Of a DNA stretch of 32,000 nt, positions 7,736-16,784 are shown in pieces. The stretch is taken from positions 240,001 through 272,000 of the forward strand of contig NC_007614.1 in NCBI RefSeq assembly GCF_000196355.1, written 5' to 3'. The position numbers and the translations under genes were made by a program. Origin of the DNA: Nitrosospira multiformis ATCC 25196 (GTDB lineage: Bacteria > Pseudomonadota > Gammaproteobacteria > Burkholderiales > Nitrosomonadaceae). The notes under the pieces were generated by a model. That model was not told where the DNA came from. It saw nothing but the letters and a program-made list of their open reading frames with translations, and made no database searches. Positions within the stretch are counted from its first letter, which is position 1. Every line of letters starts with the position of its first letter.

Positions 7736-8833
7736 TCAGATGTGCGGTTCAATTTCTCGCCGCAGAAACTTGTGGAAGTGCACCATGCCATCTTCCATCG
7801 GCGATTGGTACGGTCCGACCTCGCTCACGCCTTGTTTGTACAGCGCACGGCGCCCTTCCGTCATCAGCCTGCAGATTTCATCATCCTCGGCAGCGGTTTC
7901 GCGATAGGCGGCCTGTTCTGCTTCAATGAATTCACGCTCAAACAAAGCGATATCTTCAGGATAATAGAACTCCACCACATTGGTGCAACGCTCTGTTCCG
8001 GTAGGAAGCACCGTGCTGACGACCAATACATGGGGATACCATTCCATCATGACATTGGGATAATACAGCATCCAGATTGCGCCATGCCTCGGTATTTCGC
8101 CCGCTGTCTGCAGCAACAGTTGCTCGTGCCATTTTGCATAGACGGGCGTTCCCGGACGGGTCAGGGCGTTATTGATCCCCACAGTCTGCACGTTGTACCA
8201 CTCCCCGAACTCCCATTCCAGCGCAGCCGTGTCAACAAAGTTGCCCAGGCCCGGATGGTATGGCTCGACGTGGTAGTCCTCCAGATAAACTTCTATGAAG
8301 GTTTTCCAGTTGCAGGCGTATTCATCTATCTGGAGGCGTTCCAGCACATGGCCCGAGAAGTCGAAATTCTTCAGGACTTGCAAGTTGCCCAGATCGCGGG
8401 CAACATTCCGCCTGCCTTGAAACAGGAGTCCGTTCCAGTTCTGCAAAGGTGAATTGGAAAGATTGAGGCAAGGGTTTTCGGGGAAATGGGGCGCCCCGAG
8501 CAACGTGCCCTTCAAGTCATACGTCCAGCGATGCACCGGGCAAACGATGTTTCTGGTGTTGCCACTCCCTTTGAGCAGCAGTGACTGCCTGTGGCGGCAG
8601 ACGTTGGACAGCAGCTCGATACCATCCTTATTACGCACCAGCATTTTCGCGTTATCCATCCATTCGGGCACATAATAGTCACCAATGTTGGGCACCATGA
8701 TCTCATGACCGACATAGCCCGGTCCCTGGTCGAAAAGAATGCGTTTTTCCAGTTCAAGGATTTGAGAGTCGAGATACCAGTCAACCGGCAGTTGCGTTGG
8801 AGCCAATTGGCAAACATCAATCAGATCGACCAT
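7736..8833 (-). CDS. Rieske [2Fe-2S] non-haem-iron oxygenase, alpha-subunit family
   Basis: 365 aa. Rieske motif CRHRQSLL...x17...CPVHRWTY. Mononuclear iron motif EDYHVEPYHPG. Overall resembles the CntA/GbcA/choline-monooxygenase-type clade. No reductase or beta subunit is adjacent. Confidence 0.8.
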   Translation of the reverse strand: MVDLIDVCQLAPTQLPVDWYLDSQILELEKRILFDQGPGYVGHEIMVPNIGDYYVPEWMDNAKMLVRNKDGIELLSNVCRHRQSLLLKGSGNTRNIVCPVHRWTYDLKGTLLGAPHFPENPCLNLSNSPLQNWNGLLFQGRRNVARDLGNLQVLKNFDFSGHVLERLQIDEYACNWKTFIEVYLEDYHVEPYHPGLGNFVDTAALEWEFGEWYNVQTVGINNALTRPGTPVYAKWHEQLLLQTAGEIPRHGAIWMLYYPNVMMEWYPHVLVVSTVLPTGTERCTNVVEFYYPEDIALFEREFIEAEQAAYRETAAEDDEICRLMTEGRRALYKQGVSEVGPYQSPMEDGMVHFHKFLRREIEPHI

Positions 8834-8909
8834 ATGCTACTTTTCACCTTTCAAATAAAGATGGCTGGATTATCAAAACCAGGAACGGCAGGAAAGATCA
8901 GGAAGAGAA

Positions 8910-8921
8910 TGAGCATGCTCA
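8910..8921. promoter_or_regulatory. perfect 12-bp palindrome TGAGCATGCTCA in a divergent intergenic region (candidate operator)
   Basis: Read directly from the sequence. Located between the Rieske oxygenase start (8833, minus) and the xseB start (9074, plus). Confidence 0.25.
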
Positions 8922-9073
8922 CCTGCTCTCATGCCCTTGCCCTGAAACGCTTATAATCCGACTAAGAAACTTCTTTCGTGGGAAAGTTTCGTGTATTTAA
9001 TTGACCTGACACCACTTATTGCGTTATTTTTGCCGTTTGCCCGCGATACACCCATTCTGACAGCGTGTTTATC

Positions 9074-9328
9074 ATGACAAAGCCCGTCGACCCCGTCAAA
9101 TTTTCCCCTCCGGAAGGTTTTGAAGCTGCGCTGGCTGAGCTGGAAAGCATCGTTCTGGAAATGGAAGCAGGGCAGATGCCGCTTGAAGAATCCCTCGAAG
9201 CTCACAAACGTGGGACGGAATTGCTACAATATTGCCACTCCAAGTTGCAGGATGCTCAGCAGCAGGTACGCCTCCTTGAAGCCAACACACTGAAAAATTT
9301 CTCCCCTTCCGGTATTGATGACCGCTGA
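9074..9328 (+). CDS. xseB: exodeoxyribonuclease VII small subunit
   Basis: FEAALAELESIVLEMEAGQMPLEESLEAHKRGTELLQYCHSKL is the characteristic XseB helical hairpin. ATG at 9074 is preferred over the GTG at 9065. Followed by ispA and dxs, as in many proteobacteria. Confidence 0.85.
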   Translation: MTKPVDPVKFSPPEGFEAALAELESIVLEMEAGQMPLEESLEAHKRGTELLQYCHSKLQDAQQQVRLLEANTLKNFSPSGIDDR

Positions 9329-10211
9329 TTTCCAGGATTGGGCGAGAAGCCACCAGGTACGCATCGAAAATTCCCTGCAGACCCTGCTTCCCGCCGCAGA
9401 CGTCGCGCCTGAGCGCTTGCATGAAGCGATGCGCTACACCGTTCTGGGTGGGGGCAAGCGCGTCCGGCCTTTACTCGCTTTTGCAGCCGGCGAACTGAAC
9501 AAGGCGAATGAGGAGAGGGTAACGATTGCTGCTATCGCAGTGGAACTCATTCATGTCTATTCACTCGTGCACGACGATTTGCCCTGCATGGATGACGATG
9601 TATTGCGCCGGGGCAAGCCCACCTGCCATATCGAATATGGGGAAGCAATAGCGCTATTGACGGGTGACAGCTTGCAGAGCCTCGCTTTTCAGTTGCTGGC
9701 CGAATATTCCCTGGCCGACACCCCGAAGATGCAACTTGAAATGATCAGGCGCCTGGCGCAAGCGGCGGGTTCGCGCGGCATGGCGGGAGGGCAGGCTGTC
9801 GATCTTGCCAGCGTGGGCAGGACACTAAGCCTCCCCGAACTGGAATTCATGCATATTCACAAGACAGGCGCACTTATTCGAGCCGCGGTAATGCTGGGTG
9901 CCTATTGTGGGAGCAGGTTGGACGAAGCCCAGTTGGCAGCCCTTGATCATTTTGCCAAATGCATCGGTCTTGCATTTCAAGTTGTCGACGACGTTCTCGA
10001 CGCCGAGGCAACCACTGCCGCCCTCGGCAAGACTGCCGGCAAGGATGCCGAAAACAATAAGCCTACCTATGTGAGTATTCTGGGGAGCAAACGGGCCCGT
10101 GAACTCGCGGAGGAGTTGCGGCGGGAAGCCTATGCATCCCTGGAGATGTTTGAGGCAGCTGCGGGGCGGTTGAGGCAGGTAACCGACTTTATCATTCACC
10201 GGGAATTTTGA
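9315..10211 (+). CDS. ispA: farnesyl diphosphate synthase ((2E,6E)-FPP synthase)
   Basis: 298 aa. First and second aspartate-rich motifs LVHDDLPCMDDDVLRRG and FQVVDDVLD. Overlaps the xseB end by 14 nt. Confidence 0.9.
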   Translation: MMTADFQDWARSHQVRIENSLQTLLPAADVAPERLHEAMRYTVLGGGKRVRPLLAFAAGELNKANEERVTIAAIAVELIHVYSLVHDDLPCMDDDVLRRGKPTCHIEYGEAIALLTGDSLQSLAFQLLAEYSLADTPKMQLEMIRRLAQAAGSRGMAGGQAVDLASVGRTLSLPELEFMHIHKTGALIRAAVMLGAYCGSRLDEAQLAALDHFAKCIGLAFQVVDDVLDAEATTAALGKTAGKDAENNKPTYVSILGSKRARELAEELRREAYASLEMFEAAAGRLRQVTDFIIHREF

Positions 10212-10270
10212 AGAATTTTGACGACCAGCGTGTTTCCCGGAAAAAGGATTTTGTAATTTTCAAGGTTTAA

Positions 10271-12115
10271 ATGCACCCATTGCTCAATACCATTACCGAT
10301 CCTGTCAAGCTGCGGGCACTGGACCGCAAGTTGCTGCCACAGCTTGCAGACGAGTTACGCCAATTCCTGGTTGAATCGGTAGCCAAAACTGGCGGTCATC
10401 TATCCTCCAATCTGGGTACGGTCGAACTGACCATCGCGCTGCACTACGTTTTCAATACACCCTATGACCGCCTGGTCTGGGATGTGGGCCACCAGACTTA
10501 TGTCCATAAAATTCTGACGGGACGGCGCGAAGGCATGAGCAAATTGCGCATGCGCGGCGGTATCGCCGGCTTTCCCCGCCGGGATGAAAGTGAATATGAC
10601 GCTTTCGGCACCGCTCACTCGAGTACCTCCATCAGCGCCGCGCTCGGGATGGCAGTAGCGTCGCAGTGGGAAGGCAAGAAGCGGTCCGTAGTCGCGGTGA
10701 TCGGTGATGGCGCGATGAGTGCCGGCATGGCGTTCGAGGCTTTGAATAATGCCGGCGCCATGGATACCAACCTGCTGGTCATTCTGAACGACAACGATAT
10801 GTCGATTTCCCGGCCAGTGGGAGCGCTCAACAATTATCTGGCGCGGCTCATGTCCGGCCAGTTTTATGCAACCGCGCGGCGCGCGGGCGAGAAAATGCTG
10901 GGGGTGGTTCCACACGTGCTGGAACTTGCCAAGCGTGCCGAGGAGCATGTAAAAGGCATGGTGACGCCAAGCACGCTGTTTGAAGAGTTCGGTTTCAATT
11001 ATATCGGGCCTATTGATGGCCATGATCTTGACGTGCTTGTCAGCACGCTCAACAACATCCGGAATCTTCGCGGTCCCCAGTTTCTGCACGTGGTAACCCG
11101 TAAAGGGGCGGGGTACAAGGCGGCGGAAGATGACCCGATTCTTTATCACGGCGTGACCAGGTTCAATCCCGACGCGGGCATCATTCCCAAGGCTTCAGTC
11201 AAGCCGTCCTATACCCAGGTTTTCGGGGATTGGCTGTGTGACATGGCGGCATTGGACCAGCGTCTGGTAGGGATTACTCCGGCCATGCGAGAGGGATCGG
11301 GTATGGTGAGATTTTCCCACGAATATGCCGATCGTTATTTTGACGTGGGTATCGCCGAGCAGCATGCCGTCACCTTTGCAGCCGGGCTCGCGTGCGATGG
11401 GTTGAAGCCGGTGGTGGCGATCTATTCGACATTTCTCCAGCGCGCATATGACCAGCTGATTCATGATGTCGCCATTCAGAATCTTCCTGTCGTGTTTGCC
11501 ATAGACCGTGCCGGACTGGTGGGAGCAGACGGACCTACCCATGCGGGGAGTTTCGATCTGACTTACCTGCGCTGTATTCCGAACATTACCGTAATGGCTC
11601 CTTCGGATGAGAACGAATGTCGCCAGATGCTGTACACCGCTTTTCAGATGAATACCCCCGCTGCTGTGCGCTATCCCCGAGGTTCAGGTAGCGGGGTGGC
11701 TCAGCAGAAAGAGATGCAGATGCTGCCGCTCGGGCGAGGTGAAATACGGCGGGAGGGAGCGGAAATTGCATTGCTCGCGTTCGGCAGCATGCTCCAGCCT
11801 TGCCTTGAGGCAGCGGAAGAATTGAATGCGACAGTCGCCAATATGCGTTTTGTCAAACCCCTGGACGATGATCTCGTTGCATCGCTGGCGGCCAATCACG
11901 AATTGCTCGTTACGGTGGAGGAAAACACTGTCATGGGTGGCGCAGGCAGCGCGGTTCTGGAATCACTATCTGCCCGAGGTCGTACAGTTCCGGTATTGCA
12001 GCTGGGTCTGCCGGACACTTTCCTCGACCAGGGCGACCCTTCTCAGATGTTGAGCGAGTGCGGGCTGGATAGGGAAGGGATCGTACACGCCATAAGAGCG
12101 AGATTCCCGAAGTAA
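10271..12115 (+). CDS. dxs: 1-deoxy-D-xylulose-5-phosphate synthase
   Basis: 614 aa. [38 protein letters not shown], ThDP motif [18 protein letters not shown], and [14 protein letters not shown]. Confidence 0.95.
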   Translation: MHPLLNTITDPVKLRALDRKLLPQLADELRQFLVESVAKTGGHLSSNLGTVELTIALHYVFNTPYDRLVWDVGHQTYVHKILTGRREGMSKLRMRGGIAGFPRRDESEYDAFGTAHSSTSISAALGMAVASQWEGKKRSVVAVIGDGAMSAGMAFEALNNAGAMDTNLLVILNDNDMSISRPVGALNNYLARLMSGQFYATARRAGEKMLGVVPHVLELAKRAEEHVKGMVTPSTLFEEFGFNYIGPIDGHDLDVLVSTLNNIRNLRGPQFLHVVTRKGAGYKAAEDDPILYHGVTRFNPDAGIIPKASVKPSYTQVFGDWLCDMAALDQRLVGITPAMREGSGMVRFSHEYADRYFDVGIAEQHAVTFAAGLACDGLKPVVAIYSTFLQRAYDQLIHDVAIQNLPVVFAIDRAGLVGADGPTHAGSFDLTYLRCIPNITVMAPSDENECRQMLYTAFQMNTPAAVRYPRGSGSGVAQQKEMQMLPLGRGEIRREGAEIALLAFGSMLQPCLEAAEELNATVANMRFVKPLDDDLVASLAANHELLVTVEENTVMGGAGSAVLESLSARGRTVPVLQLGLPDTFLDQGDPSQMLSECGLDREGIVHAIRARFPK

Positions 12116-12129
12116 ACCGCCCGCTTTTG

Positions 12130-12163
12130 CATCGCATGCCTTTGATATGCGATGTTCTTCCTT
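12130..12163 (+). terminator. stem-loop (CATCGCAT-N9-ATGCGATG) with a pyrimidine-rich tail between dxs and folE2; candidate terminator or attenuator
   Basis: Perfect 8-bp inverted repeat at 12130-12137 and 12147-12154, followed by TTCTTCCTT. The tail is not a clean U-run. Confidence 0.35.
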
Positions 12164-12176
12164 GCAATGGTACACG

Positions 12177-12968
12177 ATGAACAAAATGCTCATTGCAGAT
12201 GTGCAAAGTGTGGCCGATACGAGACGCATTGCCATCGACAAGGCGGGGATCAGGGCCATCCGCCATCCGGTAAGGATAATGGATAAGGCGGGCGTTCAGC
12301 ATACAGTGGCCGTATTCAACATGTATGTAAACCTGGCGCATCACCTCAAAGGCGTGCACATGTCTCGTTTTGTCGAGATGTTGAATGAGCATGATTCGGT
12401 AATCTCGGTGGAAACGTTTGAAAAGCTGCTGATTTCGATGGTGAAGAAGCTCGAGGCGGAATCCGGCGATATCGAAATGCGCTTTCCGTATTTCATCGGC
12501 AAAACCGCTCCGGTTTCCGGCATAAAGAGTCTGATGGACTATGACGTTACCTTCATCGGACAAACCAGGAACGGAGAATCCCGCTTCACTTTGAAAGTGG
12601 TCGTGCCCGTAACCAGCCTTTGCCCATGCTCCAAAGAGGTATCGGACGATGGAGCGCACAACCAGCGATCCCATATATCCATATCAATCCGGGCGAATCA
12701 TTTCGTATGGATAGAAGATCTGATCCGCATCGCGGAAGACCAGGCCTCCTGTGAGCTCTATGGATTGCTCAAACGCTCGGACGAAAAGTATGTCACCGAG
12801 AAGGCCTACGGTAATCCCAAGTTCGTCGAGGATGCAGTGCGGGATATCGCATCAGTGCTCGATCGGGACGAGCGGATAGACGCTTATACAGTGGAAGCGG
12901 AAAATTTCGAATCCATTCATAATCATTCCGCATATGCGCTGATCGAGTGCGACAAATTGAAGAATTGA
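12177..12968 (+). CDS. folE2: GTP cyclohydrolase I type 2 (FolE2/MptA family)
   Basis: About 263 aa. N-terminal [23 protein letters not shown] and [20 protein letters not shown] (Cys/His metal site) are typical of FolE2. Start is taken at MNKML (12177) rather than the ATG at 12147, which lies inside the hairpin. Confidence 0.85.
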   Translation: MNKMLIADVQSVADTRRIAIDKAGIRAIRHPVRIMDKAGVQHTVAVFNMYVNLAHHLKGVHMSRFVEMLNEHDSVISVETFEKLLISMVKKLEAESGDIEMRFPYFIGKTAPVSGIKSLMDYDVTFIGQTRNGESRFTLKVVVPVTSLCPCSKEVSDDGAHNQRSHISISIRANHFVWIEDLIRIAEDQASCELYGLLKRSDEKYVTEKAYGNPKFVEDAVRDIASVLDRDERIDAYTVEAENFESIHNHSAYALIECDKLKN

Positions 12969-13088
12969 CTCCCTCCCGTCTCGATCTGTTTCCCTGCCTC
13001 CGGCTGCTTCCCGTTCCCCCTTTCCGGGATAAGATGGAGTAATAAGCGCAATCCTGCGCTCAAACTGATTTTCTCCACGGAACCAAAA

Positions 13089-13117
13089 TTGACCTTTTAG
13101 CGGCGGAAAGGTATATT
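13089..13117 (+). promoter_or_regulatory. sigma70 promoter of the tRNA operon (TTGACC-N17-TATATT) with a GC-rich discriminator
   Basis: -35 at 13089-13094, a 17-nt spacer, and -10 at 13112-13117. The discriminator ATCGCCC follows, and tRNA-Pro starts at 13129. Confidence 0.55.
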
Positions 13118-13128
13118 ATCGCCCTTTC

Positions 13129-13205
13129 CGGGGTGTAGCGTAGCCTGGTAGCGCGCCTGGTTTGGGACCAGGATGTCGGGAGTTCAAATCTCTCCACCCC
13201 GACCA
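13129..13205 (+). tRNA. tRNA-Pro (anticodon TGG)
   Basis: Cloverleaf folded by eye. Acceptor CGGGGTG/CACCCCG, anticodon arm CCTGG-TTTGGGA-CCAGG, T-loop GTTCAAATC, encoded CCA. Confidence 0.93.
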
Positions 13206-13240
13206 TTCATGCTAATTCGAGGCGAAATCCGATTTGAGTG

Positions 13241-13317
13241 GTGCCCGTAGCTCAACCGGATAGAGCACCAGCCTTCTAAGCTGGGGGTTACAGGTTCGAT
13301 TCCTGTCGGGCACGCCA
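13241..13317 (+). tRNA. tRNA-Arg (anticodon TCT)
   Basis: Acceptor GTGCCCG/CGGGCAC, anticodon arm CCAGC-CTTCTAA-GCTGG, T-loop GGTTCGATTCC, encoded CCA. Confidence 0.93.
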
Positions 13318-13376
13318 TAAGCTATCTCGTCGTAGCCCTGCGGCGGTTTCGGAATTGTATTGCGATTTTCTCGGAT

Positions 13377-13452
13377 GGTGGCTGTAGCTCAGCGGTAGAG
13401 TCCCGGATTGTGATTCCGGTTGTCGTGGGTTCGATCCCCATCAGCCACCCCA
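13377..13452 (+). tRNA. tRNA-His (anticodon GTG)
   Basis: Has the extra 5' G(-1). Near-identical to E. coli tRNA-His (GGTGGCT.TAGCTCAG...GGATTGTGATTCC...GGTTCGA.TCCCAT.AGCCACCCCA). Confidence 0.95.
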
Positions 13453-14442
13453 AAACATCTGCCCATCCATTACATTCAATGCGAGCCTTTGCGCACCGCA
13501 GATCCTCGCTATTTGAACTTACCCTGCCCAGCGTGAAGTAAATGGCATACCCATTCTAATCAGTCGTGCAGAGCATGACGTACACAACCTTTCAGTTTGA
13601 AATCTTTTGTAGTAGAGTCTTAAAAGCGGGGAAGACTATGGGTAAAGTGTGACGAAACAACGAACTTTATCAGTCAGGATTTCACTCTTTTCCTGCTTGG
13701 GAGGCGAAAGCAATAACTCCTATACGTAACTCTCCATAAATTCAGATCATGATTCCTTCACGACTGGCCGAGGCTGCTTCTATTGTCAGCAATTTGCATA
13801 ACCCGTTTACGTACGCTGGCAGCGCAAGAAGGCTCTCTCTAGCCGGTACCCTGGTTTTTATCCAGTTGTCAGGCTTTACACTTGCGAAGCACGTGGCTCT
13901 GCTAGTCGCCCCTGAACAGCCCCTTGTCCAAGCATCCAATATGTCCTTCGTAATACCTGCTTCGAATCTTGACCCCGATTAGCAAACTTCCTCCCAAGCG
14001 GCAAATTTATATTTATATTGAGGTTATGTGAATTAACGAACAGACAGTCTTTTTATTACCGGTAATATTTGACCCCTGCCCTAGTGCTGTTCTCGCTCTT
14101 GCTCTTTTGCAGTAGCGCCGTGAGCAGGAAGGACTTTTCCCCTGCTCTCCCTGATGTTGATGGTAGCGGCCGGAAATACTTTGGTAACAGTAGTGAGTCA
14201 TTATTTCAAATACTCCCGATAAAGCGGAAGCCAAAAATGAAGCACAATGTCGAGCAGAACTCACAGCGTCCAACATTGGAAAGACCGAGGGGGAGACTAG
14301 CGACGTTTGTGCTGTATCAGAGAAAGAACAACTCCCTGCTGAATGTAACGGCAGCGCCCGCCCACAATTTACATTCGTTTTATCGCAGTATTAAAGCCTG
14401 AGTTATTAACCCATTCAATAAACCAATTACTCACAAAATAAA

Positions 14443-15246
14443 ATGGGTTTCTTCCCTCCGTTCACTGATGATCATCTTCAGCGTTACTTTCGCATCCTTC
14501 AGGAAGGGACAGCAGTTCGCCGCCATTTTGACCTATTGAAGTGGCTGCAAGGGGAAGTGCAGCATTATTTGCCCCACGAGATCCTGCTTGCGGCGTGGGG
14601 CGATTTCGGTTCGAACAATGTCCAATACGACATCATTTCTCCGCTGCCGGGTCTCAGGACGGCGCAATTGCAGTTGGCCCGGCTTTCTCCATTGCTGCGC
14701 GTATCCTACAACCGGTGGATTGAGGTGGGACGCATTCCTTGTGTATCCAGGGTTTGCGAGGCCCAGCTGGACGTGTCGGGGATTCTCCAGGGGGATGGGG
14801 CGGCGCACTGCCCTTTCGGAAGAGCGTTACGCAACATGCGTTCGTCACTGTTTCATGGTATCAGCGACGAGCGCGGGCACCATGATTGCCTTTACGTCGT
14901 CTTCAGTTCAAAGGATAAGCTTGACGATTCAACATTAATTGCAATGGAAATTCTGCTGCCCTACCTTGATACGGCTTTGCGCCGCGTGACACCCCTGCCG
15001 CAGCACTCCTGCCGGCCCTCCCTCCTCGCAGATGCACCGGAGTATGATCTCCATGGCCTGAGCGAGCGAGAGGTCGAAATAATGACCTGGGTAAGAAAGG
15101 GCAAAACAAATGCCGAAATCGGCAGTATCCTGCGCATCAGTTCTTACACTGTCAAAAACCACCTGCACCAGATATTCCGGAAACTCGATGTCTACAATCG
15201 GGTGCAAGCCATTTCCAAAATTGAACAGCGTGTTGGTCATGGCTGA
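14443..15246 (+). CDS. epsA: XrtB/PEP-CTERM-associated LuxR-family transcriptional regulator EpsA
   Basis: 267 aa. C-terminal LuxR/FixJ HTH LSEREVEIMTWVRKGKTNAEIGSILRISSYTVKNHLHQIFRKLDV. About 190-aa N-terminal domain with no motif I recognise. First gene of the eps locus. Its stop overlaps the next start (ATGGCTGA). Confidence 0.8.
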   Translation: MGFFPPFTDDHLQRYFRILQEGTAVRRHFDLLKWLQGEVQHYLPHEILLAAWGDFGSNNVQYDIISPLPGLRTAQLQLARLSPLLRVSYNRWIEVGRIPCVSRVCEAQLDVSGILQGDGAAHCPFGRALRNMRSSLFHGISDERGHHDCLYVVFSSKDKLDDSTLIAMEILLPYLDTALRRVTPLPQHSCRPSLLADAPEYDLHGLSEREVEIMTWVRKGKTNAEIGSILRISSYTVKNHLHQIFRKLDVYNRVQAISKIEQRVGHG

Positions 15247-16657
15247 GGCAAATCCTACATTTTCCGCTTCAACCGTTACCGCCCGCCAGGTGAAAGGCCC
15301 GCTGGCTAATAATATGCTGAGCGCGGTCGAGTCGGTACTTGATCCGGCAGTACTGACACTTTCGTTATGGCTGATAAGCACCAGTTTTGAAGGCGAATTG
15401 CTCCCGCCTTATTTGATCCTGTCGGTGATCGTATTCTCTATCTCCTTTCCAGGTGCGTCACATCTCCGGTCATCCGTCAAGGTTCTCATCTTCGACGTGC
15501 TCTACACCTGGTTCTGGATGGCTTTGCTACTGTTTTTTCTCGGTTTTGCGACCGGCTATATCGCCCAATTCTCCAGCCAGGTGCTCATTACATGGCTATG
15601 GGCTGCCCCCCTAAGTCAAATCGGCGTCCATCTGCTGTTTCGTATCGCCGCACCCTATCTTCTCATGCTCCAGGGTCCGCCACAGCGCGCCATCATCGTC
15701 GGCATGAACGAGCAGGGGGTCGCCCTCGCCCGTCGTATTCATGAGACGCGTTATTCGAATATGGAACTGTCCGGTTTTTTTGATGATCGGAATGAGAGCC
15801 GACTTTCGCATGCGCGGAATAATCCCTTGCTCGGAAGGCTTCGAGAGCTTCCCGAATTTGTCAAGGAGCATCGCATCCAGTTCATTTATCTGTCGTTGCC
15901 GATGGCTTCCCAGCCACGCATCCTGCATGTTCTCGAAGAACTGAAAGATACGACGGCCTCCATCTATTTCGTACCCGACATGTTTATTACGGATCTTATT
16001 CAGGCGCGAAGTGGCACAGTGTGTGGTACGCCGGTTATCGCTGTCTGCGAATCGCCTTTTACGGGCTCCAATGGGATGGTCAAGCGCGCAAGCGACATTA
16101 TCCTCTCCCTGCTTATACTGCTACTCATATCACCACTTCTGCTGCTCATCGCGGTTGCCATCCGGCTGGATTCGCCAGGGCCCATTATTTTCAAGCAGCG
16201 ACGCTATGGGCTGGACGGAGAGGAAATCCTTGTTTACAAGTTTAGATCGATGAGCGTCTGCGAAGATGGGAATACCATCCGGCAAGCACAAAGGAATGAT
16301 AACCGCATAACCCGCGTCGGGGCTTTCCTGCGAAGCAATTCCCTGGATGAATTGCCGCAGTTCATCAATGTATTGCAGGGGCGCATGAGCATCGTGGGCC
16401 CCAGGCCTCATGCAGTAGCGCACAACGAGATATATCGCAACCTTATAAAAGGCTACATGATCCGGCACAAGGTAAAGCCGGGAATTACAGGTTGGGCGCA
16501 GGTGAACGGCTACCGTGGGGAGACGCGGACCCTGGACAAGATGCAGGCGCGTATCGATCATGATCTCGATTATTTACGCAACTGGTCGTTGCGGCTCGAT
16601 TTGCACATCATCTGCAAGACTATCCTGGTAGTACTGAAAGATCGGGCTGCATATTAA
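15239..16657 (+). CDS. epsB: undecaprenyl-phosphate hexose-1-phosphate transferase (priming polyprenyl glycosylphosphotransferase, EpsB/WcaJ-like)
   Basis: N-terminal TM helices. C-terminal bacterial sugar-transferase domain [43 protein letters not shown]...[21 protein letters not shown]. Start is at the ATG at 15239, not 15110, which lies inside epsA. Confidence 0.88.
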   Translation: MAEANPTFSASTVTARQVKGPLANNMLSAVESVLDPAVLTLSLWLISTSFEGELLPPYLILSVIVFSISFPGASHLRSSVKVLIFDVLYTWFWMALLLFFLGFATGYIAQFSSQVLITWLWAAPLSQIGVHLLFRIAAPYLLMLQGPPQRAIIVGMNEQGVALARRIHETRYSNMELSGFFDDRNESRLSHARNNPLLGRLRELPEFVKEHRIQFIYLSLPMASQPRILHVLEELKDTTASIYFVPDMFITDLIQARSGTVCGTPVIAVCESPFTGSNGMVKRASDIILSLLILLLISPLLLLIAVAIRLDSPGPIIFKQRRYGLDGEEILVYKFRSMSVCEDGNTIRQAQRNDNRITRVGAFLRSNSLDELPQFINVLQGRMSIVGPRPHAVAHNEIYRNLIKGYMIRHKVKPGITGWAQVNGYRGETRTLDKMQARIDHDLDYLRNWSLRLDLHIICKTILVVLKDRAAY

Positions 16658-16784
16658 ATGCTCTCTCATGCGCCGTAAAGCCTCCCAGCAGTCATTAACA
16701 CGAATAACACTTCCGCTATCCTCTCGTTAATCAAGGTGATACTCTTGCAGTCTCCTTTGTATCGGAAAGATAGAGATATCTAAA

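Noticed and set aside
7742-8452. 236-aa plus-strand ORF
   Set aside because: It is antisense to the Rieske oxygenase, which has intact Rieske and iron motifs. Shadow ORF.
10400-12674. Minus-strand ORFs of 249 aa (10400-11149) and 247 aa (11931-12674)
   Set aside because: They are antisense to dxs and folE2, both unambiguous. No motifs.
13742-14401. Four overlapping 65-110-aa ORFs downstream of tRNA-His
   Set aside because: They are mutually exclusive and lack motifs and good ribosome-binding sites. The 14069 ORF has a signal-like N-terminus but a TTG start. This is insufficient to call a CDS.
13453-14442. Possible integrated element next to the tRNA cluster (integrase, att repeat)
   Set aside because: No integrase, transposase or phage-like ORF is present, and I found no duplicate of the tRNA-His 3' end by eye. 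I cannot exclude a distal att site outside the window.
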